Below the pieces are notes generated by a model. That model saw nothing but the letters and a program-made list of their open reading frames with translations, searched no databases and had not been told where the DNA came from. From Mobula birostris (Eukaryota), in the NCBI RefSeq assembly GCF_030028105.1, contig NC_092402.1, positions 64,901,110 to 64,965,109 on the forward strand: DNA of 64,000 nt, read 5' to 3'. Of this stretch, positions 1 to 11,033 are shown piece after piece (positions within the stretch are counted from its first letter, which is position 1; every line of letters starts with the position of its first letter). The translations under genes and the position numbers were made by a program.

Positions 1-470
1 GGGATGTATCTGTCCTGTATCTTCCAAATTGCTCCCAGAGGCTCTAACCATTGTTGCTCTGCCGTCATCCCTGCTAATGTTTCCTTCCGATCAGCTTTGG
101 CCAGCACCCCTCTCATGCCTCTGTAATTCCCTTTACTCCACTGTAATACTGATACATCTGACTTTAGCTTCTCCCTCTCAAATTGCAGGGTGAATTCTAT
201 CATATTATGATCACTGTCTCATAAGGGTTCCTTTACTTTAAGCTTCCTCATCAAATCTGGTTCATTACACAACACCCATTCCAGAATAGCCTTTCCCCAG
301 TGGGCTCAACCACCACCTTCTTTAAAAGGGCCATCTTGTCCGCAATCTACAAATCCTCTCTTGCAATCCAGCATCAACTTGATTTTCCCAATCTATCTGC
401 ATATTGAAATCTGACTATTGTCACATTGCCCTTTGAGATGCCTTGTTTATCTCCCGTTGTAATTTGTTTT
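1..470 (-). mobile_element. CR1 LINE ORF2 fragment, endonuclease/linker region (full fragment at ~15215-15890; also ~30660-31335 and ~47275-47950)
   Basis: ORF 15257-15622(-), MIEFTLQFEREKLKSDVSVLQWSKGNYRGMR...WLTREVK, is typical of CR1 ORF2. Confidence 0.85.
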
Positions 471-589
471 CTTAGTGATTTCCAATTTTCAATTCATCCT
501 ATCTTCCTGCAAATTGTCTACATCCATTCATTCCCTGCCTGTTCACGTGGCTGCATAAGTGGTTCTAAAATGTTCATATCCTATCTACT

Positions 590-1060
590 TCCAACAACCA
601 GTGTTTCAGCACATTCTAGGCATCCACCACTCTCTGTATAAAGAACTTGACTTGTACATTTTCTTTAAACTTTCCTACTTTCACCTTAAATCTACGTATG
701 TCCTCCAATATTTGACATTTCCACCTGGGGAAAAACTCTGATTAGTTACCCGATCTTTACCTCTCATAATTTTATATACTCTTTATCATGTCGCCCGTCA
801 GCCACCAACACATCGAATACACTCCAATCCATACAGCATCCTGGCGAATCTCTTATACATTCTCGGTCCAAAGTCCTTCCATTCTTCCTGCAGTGCAGAA
901 ACCAGAATGGGACAAAATACTCCAAATGTGGCCTAGCCAAAGTTTTGTGTAGCTACAACATGATTTGCCAACTTTAACTCAATACCCTGACCAATGAAGG
1001 CAAGCATAACCTACACCTATTTTACTACCCTAATCTCTTGTACTATCACTTTCTATGGAT
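590..1060 (-). mobile_element. Degenerate CR1 LINE 3' fragment (repeated in each unit)
   Basis: Antisense CR1 3' signatures CCACCACTCTCTG, CCTCTCATAATTTTATATAC and CCAGAA...AATACTCCAAATGTGGCCTA. Confidence 0.7.
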
Positions 1061-1331
1061 ATGCTTTGTAGTTCTTCTTGTAAACTGGAGATTGGAAATT
1101 GCAGGCCTATACTAACTTGAAACAGGTGAGAGACTGTTTCATCCAGGACGCTCACTGCCCATAGATGAAGGTTACTTTCCTCATTCAATTTGGACTGTTT
1201 CCCATGGGATTGTTCTGATTCTTTGTGTCTCTCACTATACCTTTCAACTGGGCAGCATTTACGATGCTCAGAACCCTTGAGAGAAAGGAGAATATTCACA
1301 CGATTAAAATTTTTTTTCATCAGATTCCAAT

Positions 1332-1590
1332 GGCACTGTAGTGCAGTTGTTAGCACAATGCTTTACAGTGTAGACAACTGAGGTTCAATTCCCGCCACTG
1401 CCTGTAAGGAGTTTGTATGTTCTCACTGTGACCGCGTGGGTTTCCTCCGGGTGCTCCAGTTTCCTTCCACAGTCCAAAGACATACAGGTCGGTAGGTTAA
1501 TTGGTCATTGTAAATTGTCCCCTGATTAGGCTAGCGTTAAAAATTGGGCAATATGGCTCGAAGGGCCTGTTCCGCGCTGTATCTCAATAA
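1332..1590 (+). mobile_element. tRNA-derived V-SINE (HE1-like); copies at 16750-17008, 32194-32452, 48812-49070
   Basis: A/B-box head (GGCACTGTAGTGCAGTTG...GGTTCAATTCCC), V-domain core GCGTGGGTTTCCTCCGGGTGCTCCAGTTTCCTTCCACAGTCCAAAGAC, and CR1-like tail GAAGGGCCTGTTCCGCGCTGTATCTC. Confidence 0.88.
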
Positions 1591-1844
1591 GTCGATAAAT
1601 ATGTTCTCTAAGACAATGTAAAAGTAATTTCTTTGGTGAAGGAGGAGCTAGCTGGCTGCTATGCTTGGACTTGTGTGATAGCTTTAAACATATTTTATGT
1701 TTCTTTCAGTAACCTTCCTCTAACTTACAAATTATTTCAAAGTTCTTGAATTTCTGACAAAGGTATGATGGTTTCTCTTTTCAGTACTTGAATAATGTGC
1801 TTAAGCAAAGAAAGAGTCCAGATTGGCAGATTCAAAAATTTCAG

Positions 1845-1850
1845 TTTATT
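1845..1850 (-). terminator. Polyadenylation signal AATAAA of the keratin gene (also 17263-17268, 32707-32712, 49325-49330)
   Basis: AATAAA on the minus strand ~340 nt past the stop codon, followed by a U-rich downstream element (CTCTTTCTTTG). Confidence 0.7.
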
Positions 1851-2191
1851 CAGTGTTACAGAAATGCCACAAAAGATAAATCCCCAACATAAAATGAGTC
1901 AAAATCACAAATCAGAGCACCACATCTAAAACTTTGATTAATTTCCTATTTTCAAAGGCCCAAGAAGTAAAGGATGAACTTTCCACTTTTCCCACAAACC
2001 CAAGTTACAGACTAACTTGACGTTTGCTGTGTATTGGTTAATTTCATGTTGCTTAACTATGTAAAATTGAGTAGAATTCCAAGATCAGGCAGAAAGTTAA
2101 TCTAAACAAGTTAACCACTTCACTGAACAGACTGTGTGAATGAAGTATAAAAACTGGCAAGAGAGTCACCAGAGACATAACTGACAGTAGT

Positions 2192-5100
2192 TTATAACTG
2201 ATTGATTGAAGATCCACTTCTGCTTGAAGAGGTCTGCTGCACTGAGCTCAGAATTACTGCTCTTTTTCCACCAGTTTCCATCTCACTGCCCCCTTTGAGG
2301 TAGCCAGACATACCACTACTTGCGCTGCTGAAATCCCCAAAACTTCCTGTAAAAGGGAGAGGAAAGGAAAAAGACACTTTAGAATATGCATCCTGAAATT
2401 GAGAAAACAATTGCAATGACATCAAGCAGGTCACAATCTTAACAGAGTAAAACAGCCCCAAGTGCTTCACGTAACTTTTAGTAAGCAAATGCTTGACTCT
2501 AAGATTTTATGTATACAGATATATCAAAGCATTTTGAAATCATAAATTTTAAAGGAGAGAGAAAAAAGGTGGAAATGAAATTTCGAGAAAGAAATCACTG
2601 AAATGTAGGAACTACTTATCCATGAGTGCCATTCCATCAGTCATGGCTCAGGGTGTGCAGAGTAGTTTACAGAGACAGGGAAGATCTTTGCTATGGAAAG
2701 ATTTGAAGACTCAGATCTTAAAACTGAGGTATACCAGTTTAGGAGCCAATATAAGTCAGTGAGCACAAAAGATGATGGGGGGTAGAATAATTTATAAAAT
2801 GGACGACATACATTCAGTGGCCTCTTTATTAGGCACACCTTGTACACCTGCTGGCTAATGCAAATATCTAATCAGTCAATTATGTGGCAGCAACTCAGTG
2901 CATAAAGGCATGCAGACATGTTCAAGAGGTTCAGTTGTTCAGATCAAACATCAGATGGGGGAAGAAATGTAATCGAAGTGACGTTGACCCAATTGATTGT
3001 TGCTGTCAGACGGGATAATTTGAGTCTCTCAAGAACTGCTGGTCTCCTGGGATTTTCGTGCACAACAGTCTCTAGAGTTTACGGAGAATGGTACACAAAA
3101 CAAGGACAATCAGTGAGTGGAAGTTCTGTGAGTGAAAAAGCCTTGTTAATGAAAGAAGTCAGAGGAGAAAGGCCAGACTGGTTCAAGCTGACAGGAAGAC
3201 GACAGTAACTCAAATTACTACGTGTCACAACAGTGGTGTGCAGAAGAGCATCTGAAAGGCACATAATGGTTAAACCTTGAAGTGGATGTGCTACAGCAAC
3301 AGAAGACCATGAGCAGGTACCTAATAAGAGTGGCCACTAAGACTACGGTAGCTTTGATTGAAAATAAACTTATTGCAAGAATTGTTAAAGACTTCCACGT
3401 GTTTCTAAAATGACTTCTACCATGACCTGTAGTTTCTCCTCTACCATAATCAATAGAGTTTTTGGCTGTAGTTCATCTATTTCCTGCATTTCTGCTCTCC
3501 ATCCCTCACCTCTCAGACAGAGCAAGGACAGAGATCCTCTAGTCATTATCTTCCACCTCACCAGTTCAGCGTTTAACAGCTCATCCTTTACAATTTGCAC
3601 CAGCTTCCACAATATTCCACAACTGGATACGTCCATACCTTCCCTGCCTTTCATCATGTAAACGAGACTGTTCCCTGGGCAACTGTCTTCTATCCCAATG
3701 TCACTGCGTGTTTTGTGAAATTACAGGAGATGCTACACCTGTCCGTTCATCTCTTTCCTTCCCAGTGTCTGGGGATGCAAACAGTCCTTCAAGTTGGAGC
3801 AGCAATTCACTTGCACTTCTTTCAATCTAGTGTCTTGCACTCAGTGTTCACAGTGTGGTTTCCTCCACCAGCTGCAGACGGAGTGACAACATTGCAGAGC
3901 ACCAGGAGTGACCAAAGCTCCCTTTTGTTGCCTATTTAACTCTCCATCCAGCTCCCACTCTGACCTCTGTCTGTGGCTTCAATTTCTAATATTCAATTTA
4001 TAATATGCTGATATAAGGAGGACCAACATGCGCTTTGCAACTCATTTTCTGTTTGGGCCATGTTGCTGCCTTCTCCACTTGAAATTGAGTACGGCGACAT
4101 AAGGGAACTTAATTCCTCTATTTGCACACCGATTTACCTCACTTTAAAAGTAGGCCTGGCCGACTGGACACGTCAGACAGCCTGACATTTCACACCTTGT
4201 CAAGTTCCTCTGTTTGTATTCTCACTCTCTAACTGCCTCGATTAACCCGTCGACTGGGTGACGCCAACAACTTATCTAAATAGCAATCTTGGCTTCCCCC
4301 TATCTGAGATACTCCCTTGGTCCTATTGACCTGTCCCCCACCTTCCTGGCAACTTAAAACTCTTACTTTCTTTCTTTCTCAGTTGTGATGAGCGACTTTT
4401 GACATGAAACATTGACTCTATTTCTCTTCCCTTGGATGCTACCTGGCCTGCTGCGTATTTCCAGTGTAATTTTTAAATTTCATATTTGTAGCATCTGCAT
4501 TTTTTCACAGTATCAGAGGAGCCCGATGCTCGGTTTTGGATGCTATCACTGAGATCATGATCATAGGTGAGAAATAGGCCTTTGCAGACTTTGGATTATA
4601 GGAAATAAGCTGCCTACCAAATGAGAACAGGGAAGGACTATTCAAAGGTGAAGCATTGTTCAAGTTCAAGGTTATTGTCATTCACTCGTGCACATGTATA
4701 CCGCCAAACCAAACAATATTCCTCCAGACCAAAGTGCACAACATGGTATATACAACTCGCTCAGAACACATAAAGTAATATAGCCACAAATAAATTAACA
4801 AATAATAAGGGTGCATTGACAACACAAGTTAAAAAGTAAACAGTATAACGCTGCTGGTGCTTCATGTGTGATGAGACCTGAGAGGAGGCAGGGAATTCAT
4901 TCGTCTTATGGCCTGGGCTAAGAAGCTGTTTCCTATCATTGGACAATGGTTAAACAAGCAATGGCATCTTTTGTTGCAAACAGGTAAAGAAAGGACAAAG
5001 AGGCATTGCTGACCATGGTCACAATCGTATGGGGTGTCAGGGTGTCATTCAAACCCCAATTTAGGACGCAACGGGACATTTGAGGACTGAAGGCAACAGA

Positions 5101-8100
5101 AAGATGTCAAAGAGGGTGTTGATTTATAAGAAGGAAATGTTAAATGTGAGCCTTTTTTGGGAAGAGTAATTTTAGAGCATGTGAAAGGGAGAAGAGAGCA
5201 ACAAAGGACAGTGAACCATTGATGATATCAATTCAGGAAAATCATTTGGAAAACATTCATAAGAAATACAATCACAGAAATGAGTACCACTGCTCTGAAA
5301 ATGTACAACAGAATGATTTGTAAACAGAACAATGAGGTATCAAGACTTGGAGAAGAACGAAGAATATTTCCAGAATATTCCATTTTTCATTTTGCGGTTT
5401 GTGTTTTGGTCAGTAGTTAAAATTTCAAGCAAGGATTATACGTTCTCTTACCTTGCTGTGAAACTTGTTGGACGCTGAGGGTTTTGACGCCTTCTACCAT
5501 CCTGTTGATAAAGGAAACACTTGTGTAACAACAGCCATTTCTAGGATGTTCAGAAATATATCTTTTTCAAGTTACCAAGGGTTTCCTTCTGAAAGCAGCA
5601 ATGAGCTGCATGGGTGAAGTTGACGGGCACATTGACTCTGTCGAGCCTTGCCCGAGACACTGATTCTGTAAGTTCGAGTGCTGCCGGTGAGCAGCAGTAG
5701 CCTCGTCAGTGTGCGCAGGGAGCTATTTGTCAGCCTGCTTATGTTGTACAGTGCTTCATCCACTGCAGCATCAGGGGAGAGTTCACCTAGTGGTGACTGA
5801 ATCACTGACTAGATGTTCATTCGGAGACTGAGTCGGATGTATTTCTGGGGTCAGATGAAAACCAGCCTTTAAACAAAAGTAAGTGCCACTCCCTGGACCA
5901 AATGCCCCATTAAAGACAAAGACTCTAGTAATGAAGAGTGCAATAAAGAGCCCGTACAGATTGTAATCTGCAAGTACGCAGGACTGTGGCATAAACCCAG
6001 TGTGATATCTGGAACTTGGAAAAGACCAAAGCCCTACCTGATTTCCTCTTGCGCCAGTAGTTTACTGTAGGTGTTAATTTCGATATCCAGAGCCAACTTG
6101 ACATTTATCAGCTCGTCGATTTCACGAGTTTGCTTGGCAATCTCCTGTTTTGCTTTCCTGATGGCTTCTTGCAGATCAACGATATTTTGTTTACTGTCTT
6201 TGAGAGACATCTCGCCACGTTCCTCGGCTTCAGCGATCGCAGCCTCCAGTTTCAAACGCTGAGACACACAGAGGTGAGTGTGGACATTTTTGCAGATTAT
6301 AACATGAAGCCTTGCCAACATCCCCACCCTGCTATCGGAAAGAGCCATACTGAGAGTAGAGTATTGCAGATTGGCTTAGGAGTAATCGAGTTCACAAGGG
6401 TTACAGTGGAAGGAACCAGCCAGGTTGTTACTACTGAAAGTTCCCCAGTGTATGATTTAGCTCAGATTGACCTGTGTTTCAGCTGTCTCTTGGTCATTTG
6501 CTTTGGGCTGGGAAGAGAAAAGTGCAGATGCAAGAGACGGCAGATGCTGCAGTCTGGAGTAAGAAAATAGCAGAACTACTGCAGAAGATCAGCGGGTGAA
6601 GTAGCATCTGTGAAGGCATAAAGAATTATTGACCATTTGGGTCGGGTCGCTGCATTAGGACTCGGGACTTGAGAGGAAAGACAGCTTGCTACCGTCGTTA
6701 GGCCGCAACCAAGATCTCTTGTTTGCTTTCACTTCCTGACTTACCTGCTGCTTTAGATACTCGATGTCCCCAGTCAGCTTACGGATGCGACTCTGCAGAT
6801 CATTACACTCCGATTTGATCACTCGCACTTCTTCCGCATGACCTCCAGGCATTGTGCTGAGTTCCACCATCTGCAAGGAGACACTGGTAGACGTTAGTAA
6901 GGGTTTCTCCTCCCAGCACAGAGGTCAGAGCTATCAATGCACTTCTACGTGGGGCTGGAGCTGGAGCTCACCTTCGCCTTTTTCCAGTTCTCAGCATCAT
7001 CACGGCTTTTATCTGCCATACTTTGGTATTGGGCCTTGACTTCACTGATGATCTGGTCTATGTTCAGGTTGCGGCTAGTGTCCACCTGCACGCTGACAGC
7101 AGTGTTCTGAATCTGTGACTCCAGCTCACGGATTTCCTAAAGATGGGCAGAGCAAAACTAATGTAAGGAGACTGAATTGAACAGCAAAAGGACCAGAAGG
7201 CTCTTGCACCATGTAGCATATTTACCTCTTGGAAGATTGTCTTCAGGAATTCAATTTCATCAGTCAGGCTTTCTAGTTTTGCTTCCAATTCCACCTTGTT
7301 CATGTAGGATTCATCAACATCCTGGAGAGAGTAGGGCACAAGGTTTGTAAATCTATTGAAGACCACTGATATGGTCCTACAGAGAGCTAGAAAGTAGTGC
7401 TCACCTTCTTCACCATGACAAACTCGTTTTCCATTTCAGTTCTCCTGTTAATTTCATCTTCGTATCTGAAATGAACCACTGACGTTACTGGCAAACCCTT
7501 GGAAATCAACATTTCTGTCCCATTTCTTCGACAGGGCCATGCTGGTTGTCGGAACTCCTTGCTCCCTGGTGCTTAGCCAGGGTTTCCTCACACTTCTATT
7601 TATCCCCGTGTGTGCACCGCTCTTCCTGACATTTGATTCCGCAAGACACAGCATCCCGCTACGCCAGACAGGTCGACCGTGCCGCGCCTCGACGGAATGA
7701 AACAACATACGCTGCCGTCCCTGAACTGACGACTATTTCGGTGACTCCCTGAGCTCTGAGTGACACCTCTCTATCCAGACCTCAGTCTTAACGGAGCTCT
7801 CCCCGACGAGCACTTGCCCGACCCAGCTTCCAGACCTCCACTAGCTGCTGTTAGGTTACCAAGAAACCCAGTGGAAAATAGCTGATTGTAACCGGGAATT
7901 GTTCGAACGTTTACCCCGCCCACGATTTGCCCGATTCCGCTCTTTTTTTTCTCTGAACCAGTGAACAGATACGGGACGAGTTACAGATACAGACGAGTTG
8001 GGAAATCCTGGTGGGAGACAGTACACTTACTTGCCCTTAAAGTCCTCAACTAGACCTTGCATCTGCACAAGGTCCGATTCGAACTTCAGCTTCTCCTGCC

Positions 8101-8749
8101 CAAGAGTTTCCAGTTGCCTCTTGAGGTTGTCAATGTAAGTTTGGAACATGTTATCGATGTTGGAGGTGTACGTCCCCTGCCTCTTCAGGAGCTCCAGTTT
8201 GACCTTCAGCTGAGCATTTTGCTGTTCGAGAAGGCGAACCTGCGGGTAAGGAATGAACACACGCTTAGATTTTTGCATTGAGCTGGCGAGGAAGTGAAAA
8301 GAGACATTTGCACAGTGCTGCCAAGACAGGCGCAGACAGAGCTGGATACGGTACGGTACCTGGTTTATGAAACTTGCGAACTGGTTGTTGAGCGTAGTGA
8401 GCTCCCTCGTTTCCTGCATACGAACTTGCTGCAGACTGGTGTCATTTTGTGGTAGCGGGGCGCTTAGATCAAGGGCCGGCATCATCGAACTGGAACTGAA
8501 ATTTGAACTTGAACCGTAACCTGAAGCGTAACTTGAACCGCTTGAACCAAGCCTGAACGATGAGCCAGAAAGTATACGTCTTGCCCCTCCGATACTTGGT
8601 CCAATTCCGGCTCCAGACACACTCATCGCCTTTCTGCTACTAATTCTTCGCGACGACCCCATGGCGCCGCCAAGACTAGACCGCATCGATGGGCTGCCTG
8701 AAAACTGCGTGGTCTGTCTAAAGGACCTTTTGGTGTAAGAGCCGCTCAT
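2192..8749 (-). CDS. Type II keratin (keratin 8-like, divergent), copy 1; 9 exons, 490 aa
   Basis: Exons on the minus strand: 8360-8749, 8031-8239, 7405-7465, 7226-7321, 6972-7136, 6745-6870, 6038-6258, 5452-5501, 2192-2346. Total 1473 nt, all GT-AG, frame continuous. Kozak context is ACCATG. The protein has a Ser/Gly-rich head and the motifs [36 protein letters not shown] and [15 protein letters not shown]. Exon sizes 209/61/96/165/126/221 match type II keratin genes. Confidence 0.95.
2811..3343 (+). mobile_element. Non-autonomous Tc1/mariner-derived element in intron 8; copies at 18229-18761, 33673-34205, 50292-50824
   Basis: TA-flanked inverted ends CATTCAGTGGCCTCTTTATTAGG / CCTAATAAGAGTGGCCACTAAG. 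The interior retains a transposase HTH remnant ([21 protein letters not shown]). Confidence 0.82.
3385..4500 (+). mobile_element. Old degenerate Penelope-like retroelement in intron 8 (repeated in each unit)
   Basis: Collinear similarity to the younger Penelope at 43890-45004, including the [13 protein letters not shown] segment, a GIY-YIG remnant and the tail GATGCTACCTGGCCTGCTG. Confidence 0.7.
4658..4940 (-). mobile_element. 3' end of a Rex1/Babar-type LINE in intron 8 (repeated in each unit)
   Basis: Short-repeat tail TTCAAGTTCAAG followed by TTATTGTCATTC...AAGAAGCTGTTTC, the typical antisense 3' end. Confidence 0.55.
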
Positions 8750-9090
8750 GGTGAAATTAGAGTTTTGTTCTCTGGTTCCGAGTTTGCTGGAGCGATCAGT
8801 CCCGATCTGAACTGCTGGCGCAGGTGAGAGCGGCTTTGAGCTGCTTTTATGAGCAGTGCGGATCTGGGCTTGGTCAGGGTGTCAGCTGACAGAAATGGGC
8901 ATGGTAACATCGAGATAGAGGAGGAGCTAGGCACACCCTCTCCCATGGGTTCCAACCTGTCCGCTTGTGCATGGTAACCGCTCTCGGGGCCTCGGGCCAA
9001 ACTGGCGTCAGCAAGAATGAGTGAGTCCGGGAAACAAGAAGAGCTCCCTCCTGGAGCTCAAGCTACGCCGATCAAGAGCGGAGAAACGAC
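7600..9090. promoter_or_regulatory. CpG-rich region over promoter, exons 1-2 and intron 2 (repeated in each unit)
   Basis: CG dinucleotides are visibly dense (e.g. CGACCGTGCCGCGCCTCGACGG, CGCGACGACCCC) compared with the CpG-depleted flanks. Not computed formally. Confidence 0.55.
8844..8851 (-). promoter_or_regulatory. TATA-like box CATAAAAG of the keratin gene (also 24262-24269, 39706-39713, 56326-56333)
   Basis: The only AT-rich box in a GC-rich stretch, ~95 nt upstream of the ATG, which is compatible with a ~70-nt 5'UTR. Confidence 0.65.
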
Positions 9091-9099
9091 CATTAGGTG

Positions 9100-9330
9100 T
9101 CAGTTTGACTGCCCAACCCACCTGACCCACGGTGGTTGAGATACATTGTACAGATAGGTGGTAGATTCAGAGTATCTCCATCACTGCAAGGCATGCTGGG
9201 ACATTTTGAAAGCAGCTCCCGGTTCCCGGTCATTTTACTTGCCCTCCGAATTCCCATACCGACCTGGCTGCCCTGGACGTCCTGGATTGCAAGGATCATG
9301 CTAGAGGAACAGCACCTCATATTCCCTTTG
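9100..9330 (+). mobile_element. Degenerate Penelope GIY-YIG fragment abutting the array junction (also ~24520-24750, ~39960-40190)
   Basis: Translates to YIVQIGGRF...LEEQHLIF, matching LEDQHLIF of the element at 44318-44611. Confidence 0.6.
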
Positions 9331-9344
9331 CCCCTCCACCTATC

Positions 9345-10110
9345 TTTGCATTGTCTGTAAAATTTGCAATAAAGTCATCAATTCCTTCAACAAATGATTG
9401 ACTTATAATATAAAAAGAATTGGTCCCAACATAGACCCCTGTAAAACACCACTGGTCACTGGCATCCAACAAGAACGGGCTCCCTTTATTCCCACTCTTT
9501 GCCTCCTGCCAATCAGCCACAGCTTTACCCATGCTAGAATCTTCCCTGTAATACCATGTACACGTAGCTTGTTAAGCAGCCTCATGTGTGGCACCTTGTC
9601 AAAGCCCTTCTGGAATTCCAAGTGTACAAGATTAACCAATTCTCCATTATCTATCCTGTTTGTTATTACTTCAAAGAATTCCAACAGATTTGTCAGGCAA
9701 GATTTTCCCTTGAGCAAACCATGCTGAGTACAGCCTATTTTATCTTATGCCTCCAAGTATCCTGACAGCTCATCCTTAATAATCGACTCCAACACCTTCC
9801 CAGCCAATGAGGTCAGACTAACTGGCCTATATTTTCCTTTCTTCTACCTCTCTCCCTCCTTGGAGAGTGGAGTGACATTTACAATTTCCCAGTCTTCTGA
9901 AACCATTCCAGAATCTAGTGATTCTTGAAAGATAACTACTAATGCTTCCACGATCTCTTCAGCCATCTCTTTCAGAACTCTGGTGTGTACACCATCTGGT
10001 CCAGGTGACTTATCTACCTTCAGACCTTTCAGCTTCCTGAGAACCTTCTCTCTAGTTATGGTAACTTCACACATTTCATGCTCCCTGACACCTGGAACTT
10101 CCGCCATACT
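9345..10110 (-). mobile_element. CR1 LINE reverse-transcriptase fragment (also 24763-25528, 40207-40972)
   Basis: ORFs contain KSPGPDGVHTRVLKE, KGKSCLTNLLEFFE, FQKGFDKVPH and SGVLQGSMLGP. The reading frame is broken by frameshifts. Confidence 0.92.
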
Positions 10111-10913
10111 GCCCTCCCCACCTCCCTTATTCGGTTCCATCTTTCACCTTCATCTCCTATCAGATCCCACCATCTGCAACCCTCTGTCACGTCCACATGT
10201 CTCCTCCCAGTCTCTGTCACTATAGGGTCACAATTCTACAGTATCATGGCTGCCTGGTCTTGGCCTCAGCTCCACTTTCTCATCCCCTTCCCATCCCATA
10301 TGTTTGACCGAGTCAGTGGATGCTGGAGCTGGTCTGCACTTCACATTCATCTCTTGCGCAGTGTCTACGTACCACGCAGCTCACTAGTCCTGGCAGTCTC
10401 CCTTTTGTAGCTGTTACGTGAGATGGAGCAGGCCACAGGATGTAGACAGTGGAAACAAAGGCCCTGCCAGAGAACCACCCTGATGGCTTTTTGGCTACTG
10501 ATGTTTTCAAGGGCCCTTAAAACTTTCAGATATTGGTGGTAGTTCGGCATCTAAGTAATTCAAAAGAATAAATGCTGTTGTGAAAATATATTTATTTCCT
10601 GTAGGATGTTCACTTTCTGTAAATGAATGAAAAAATAATACAAATATTCACTAAAGTAAGCAAACTTGTCATTTTAATGAAGGGAAGCAGCACAGATAAA
10701 ATGACTGCGGTCCTGCTAGGTGAAACCTCTATGCTAGTGTAAGCTGAAAGGCCAGAGTAGCTTTGGAGTAAGGACTGGTGCATGTAGCCTTAGCTGGGGC
10801 CTGTGAGTGTGCCCTTGACTACACCTTTGCTTGTGGAAAGTGGGAGGAATCAAAAGAGAAGTTACTAAGGGTAAGGACATGCTCTGCCAGGCAGAGGAAC
10901 AGTGTTGACAGAG

Positions 10914-11033
10914 GACTGCACACACAAAATGCTGGAGAAACTCAGCAGGCAGCATCTGCGGAAAGGAGTAAACAGTTGATATTTCAGGCTGAAACCCTTC
11001 TTCAAGATTTCCAGCATCTGCAGATTTTCTCAC
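10914..11033 (-). mobile_element. Short Penelope-tail-derived element with a 10-bp target-site duplication (also in units 3 and 4)
   Basis: CACAAAATGCTGGAGAAACTCAGCAGGCAGCATCT...GAAACCCTTC...TTCCAGCATCTGCAG, flanked by GTTGACAGAG at 10904-10913 and 11034-11043. Confidence 0.7.

Noticed and set aside
1332-1400. tRNA gene
   Set aside because: The A/B boxes are followed by a V-SINE core and LINE-like tail, and no proper cloverleaf is present.
7965-7999. Small tandem duplication ACAGATACGGGACGAGTT/ACAGATACAGACGAGTT in intron 2
   Set aside because: A two-copy slippage product with no evidence of function.
8027-8749. 240-aa single-exon protein as shown in the ORF track
   Set aside because: It is exon 1 plus read-through intron 1 plus exon 2 of the keratin; the stop lies in the intron 2 donor (AA|GTAAGT).
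2192-8749. Calling the gene KRT8 itself, a thread keratin, or a pseudogene
   Set aside because: It is too divergent at the rod ends and tail for a confident krt8 orthologue, and coil 1B is too K8-like for a thread keratin. There are no stops, frameshifts or broken splice sites.
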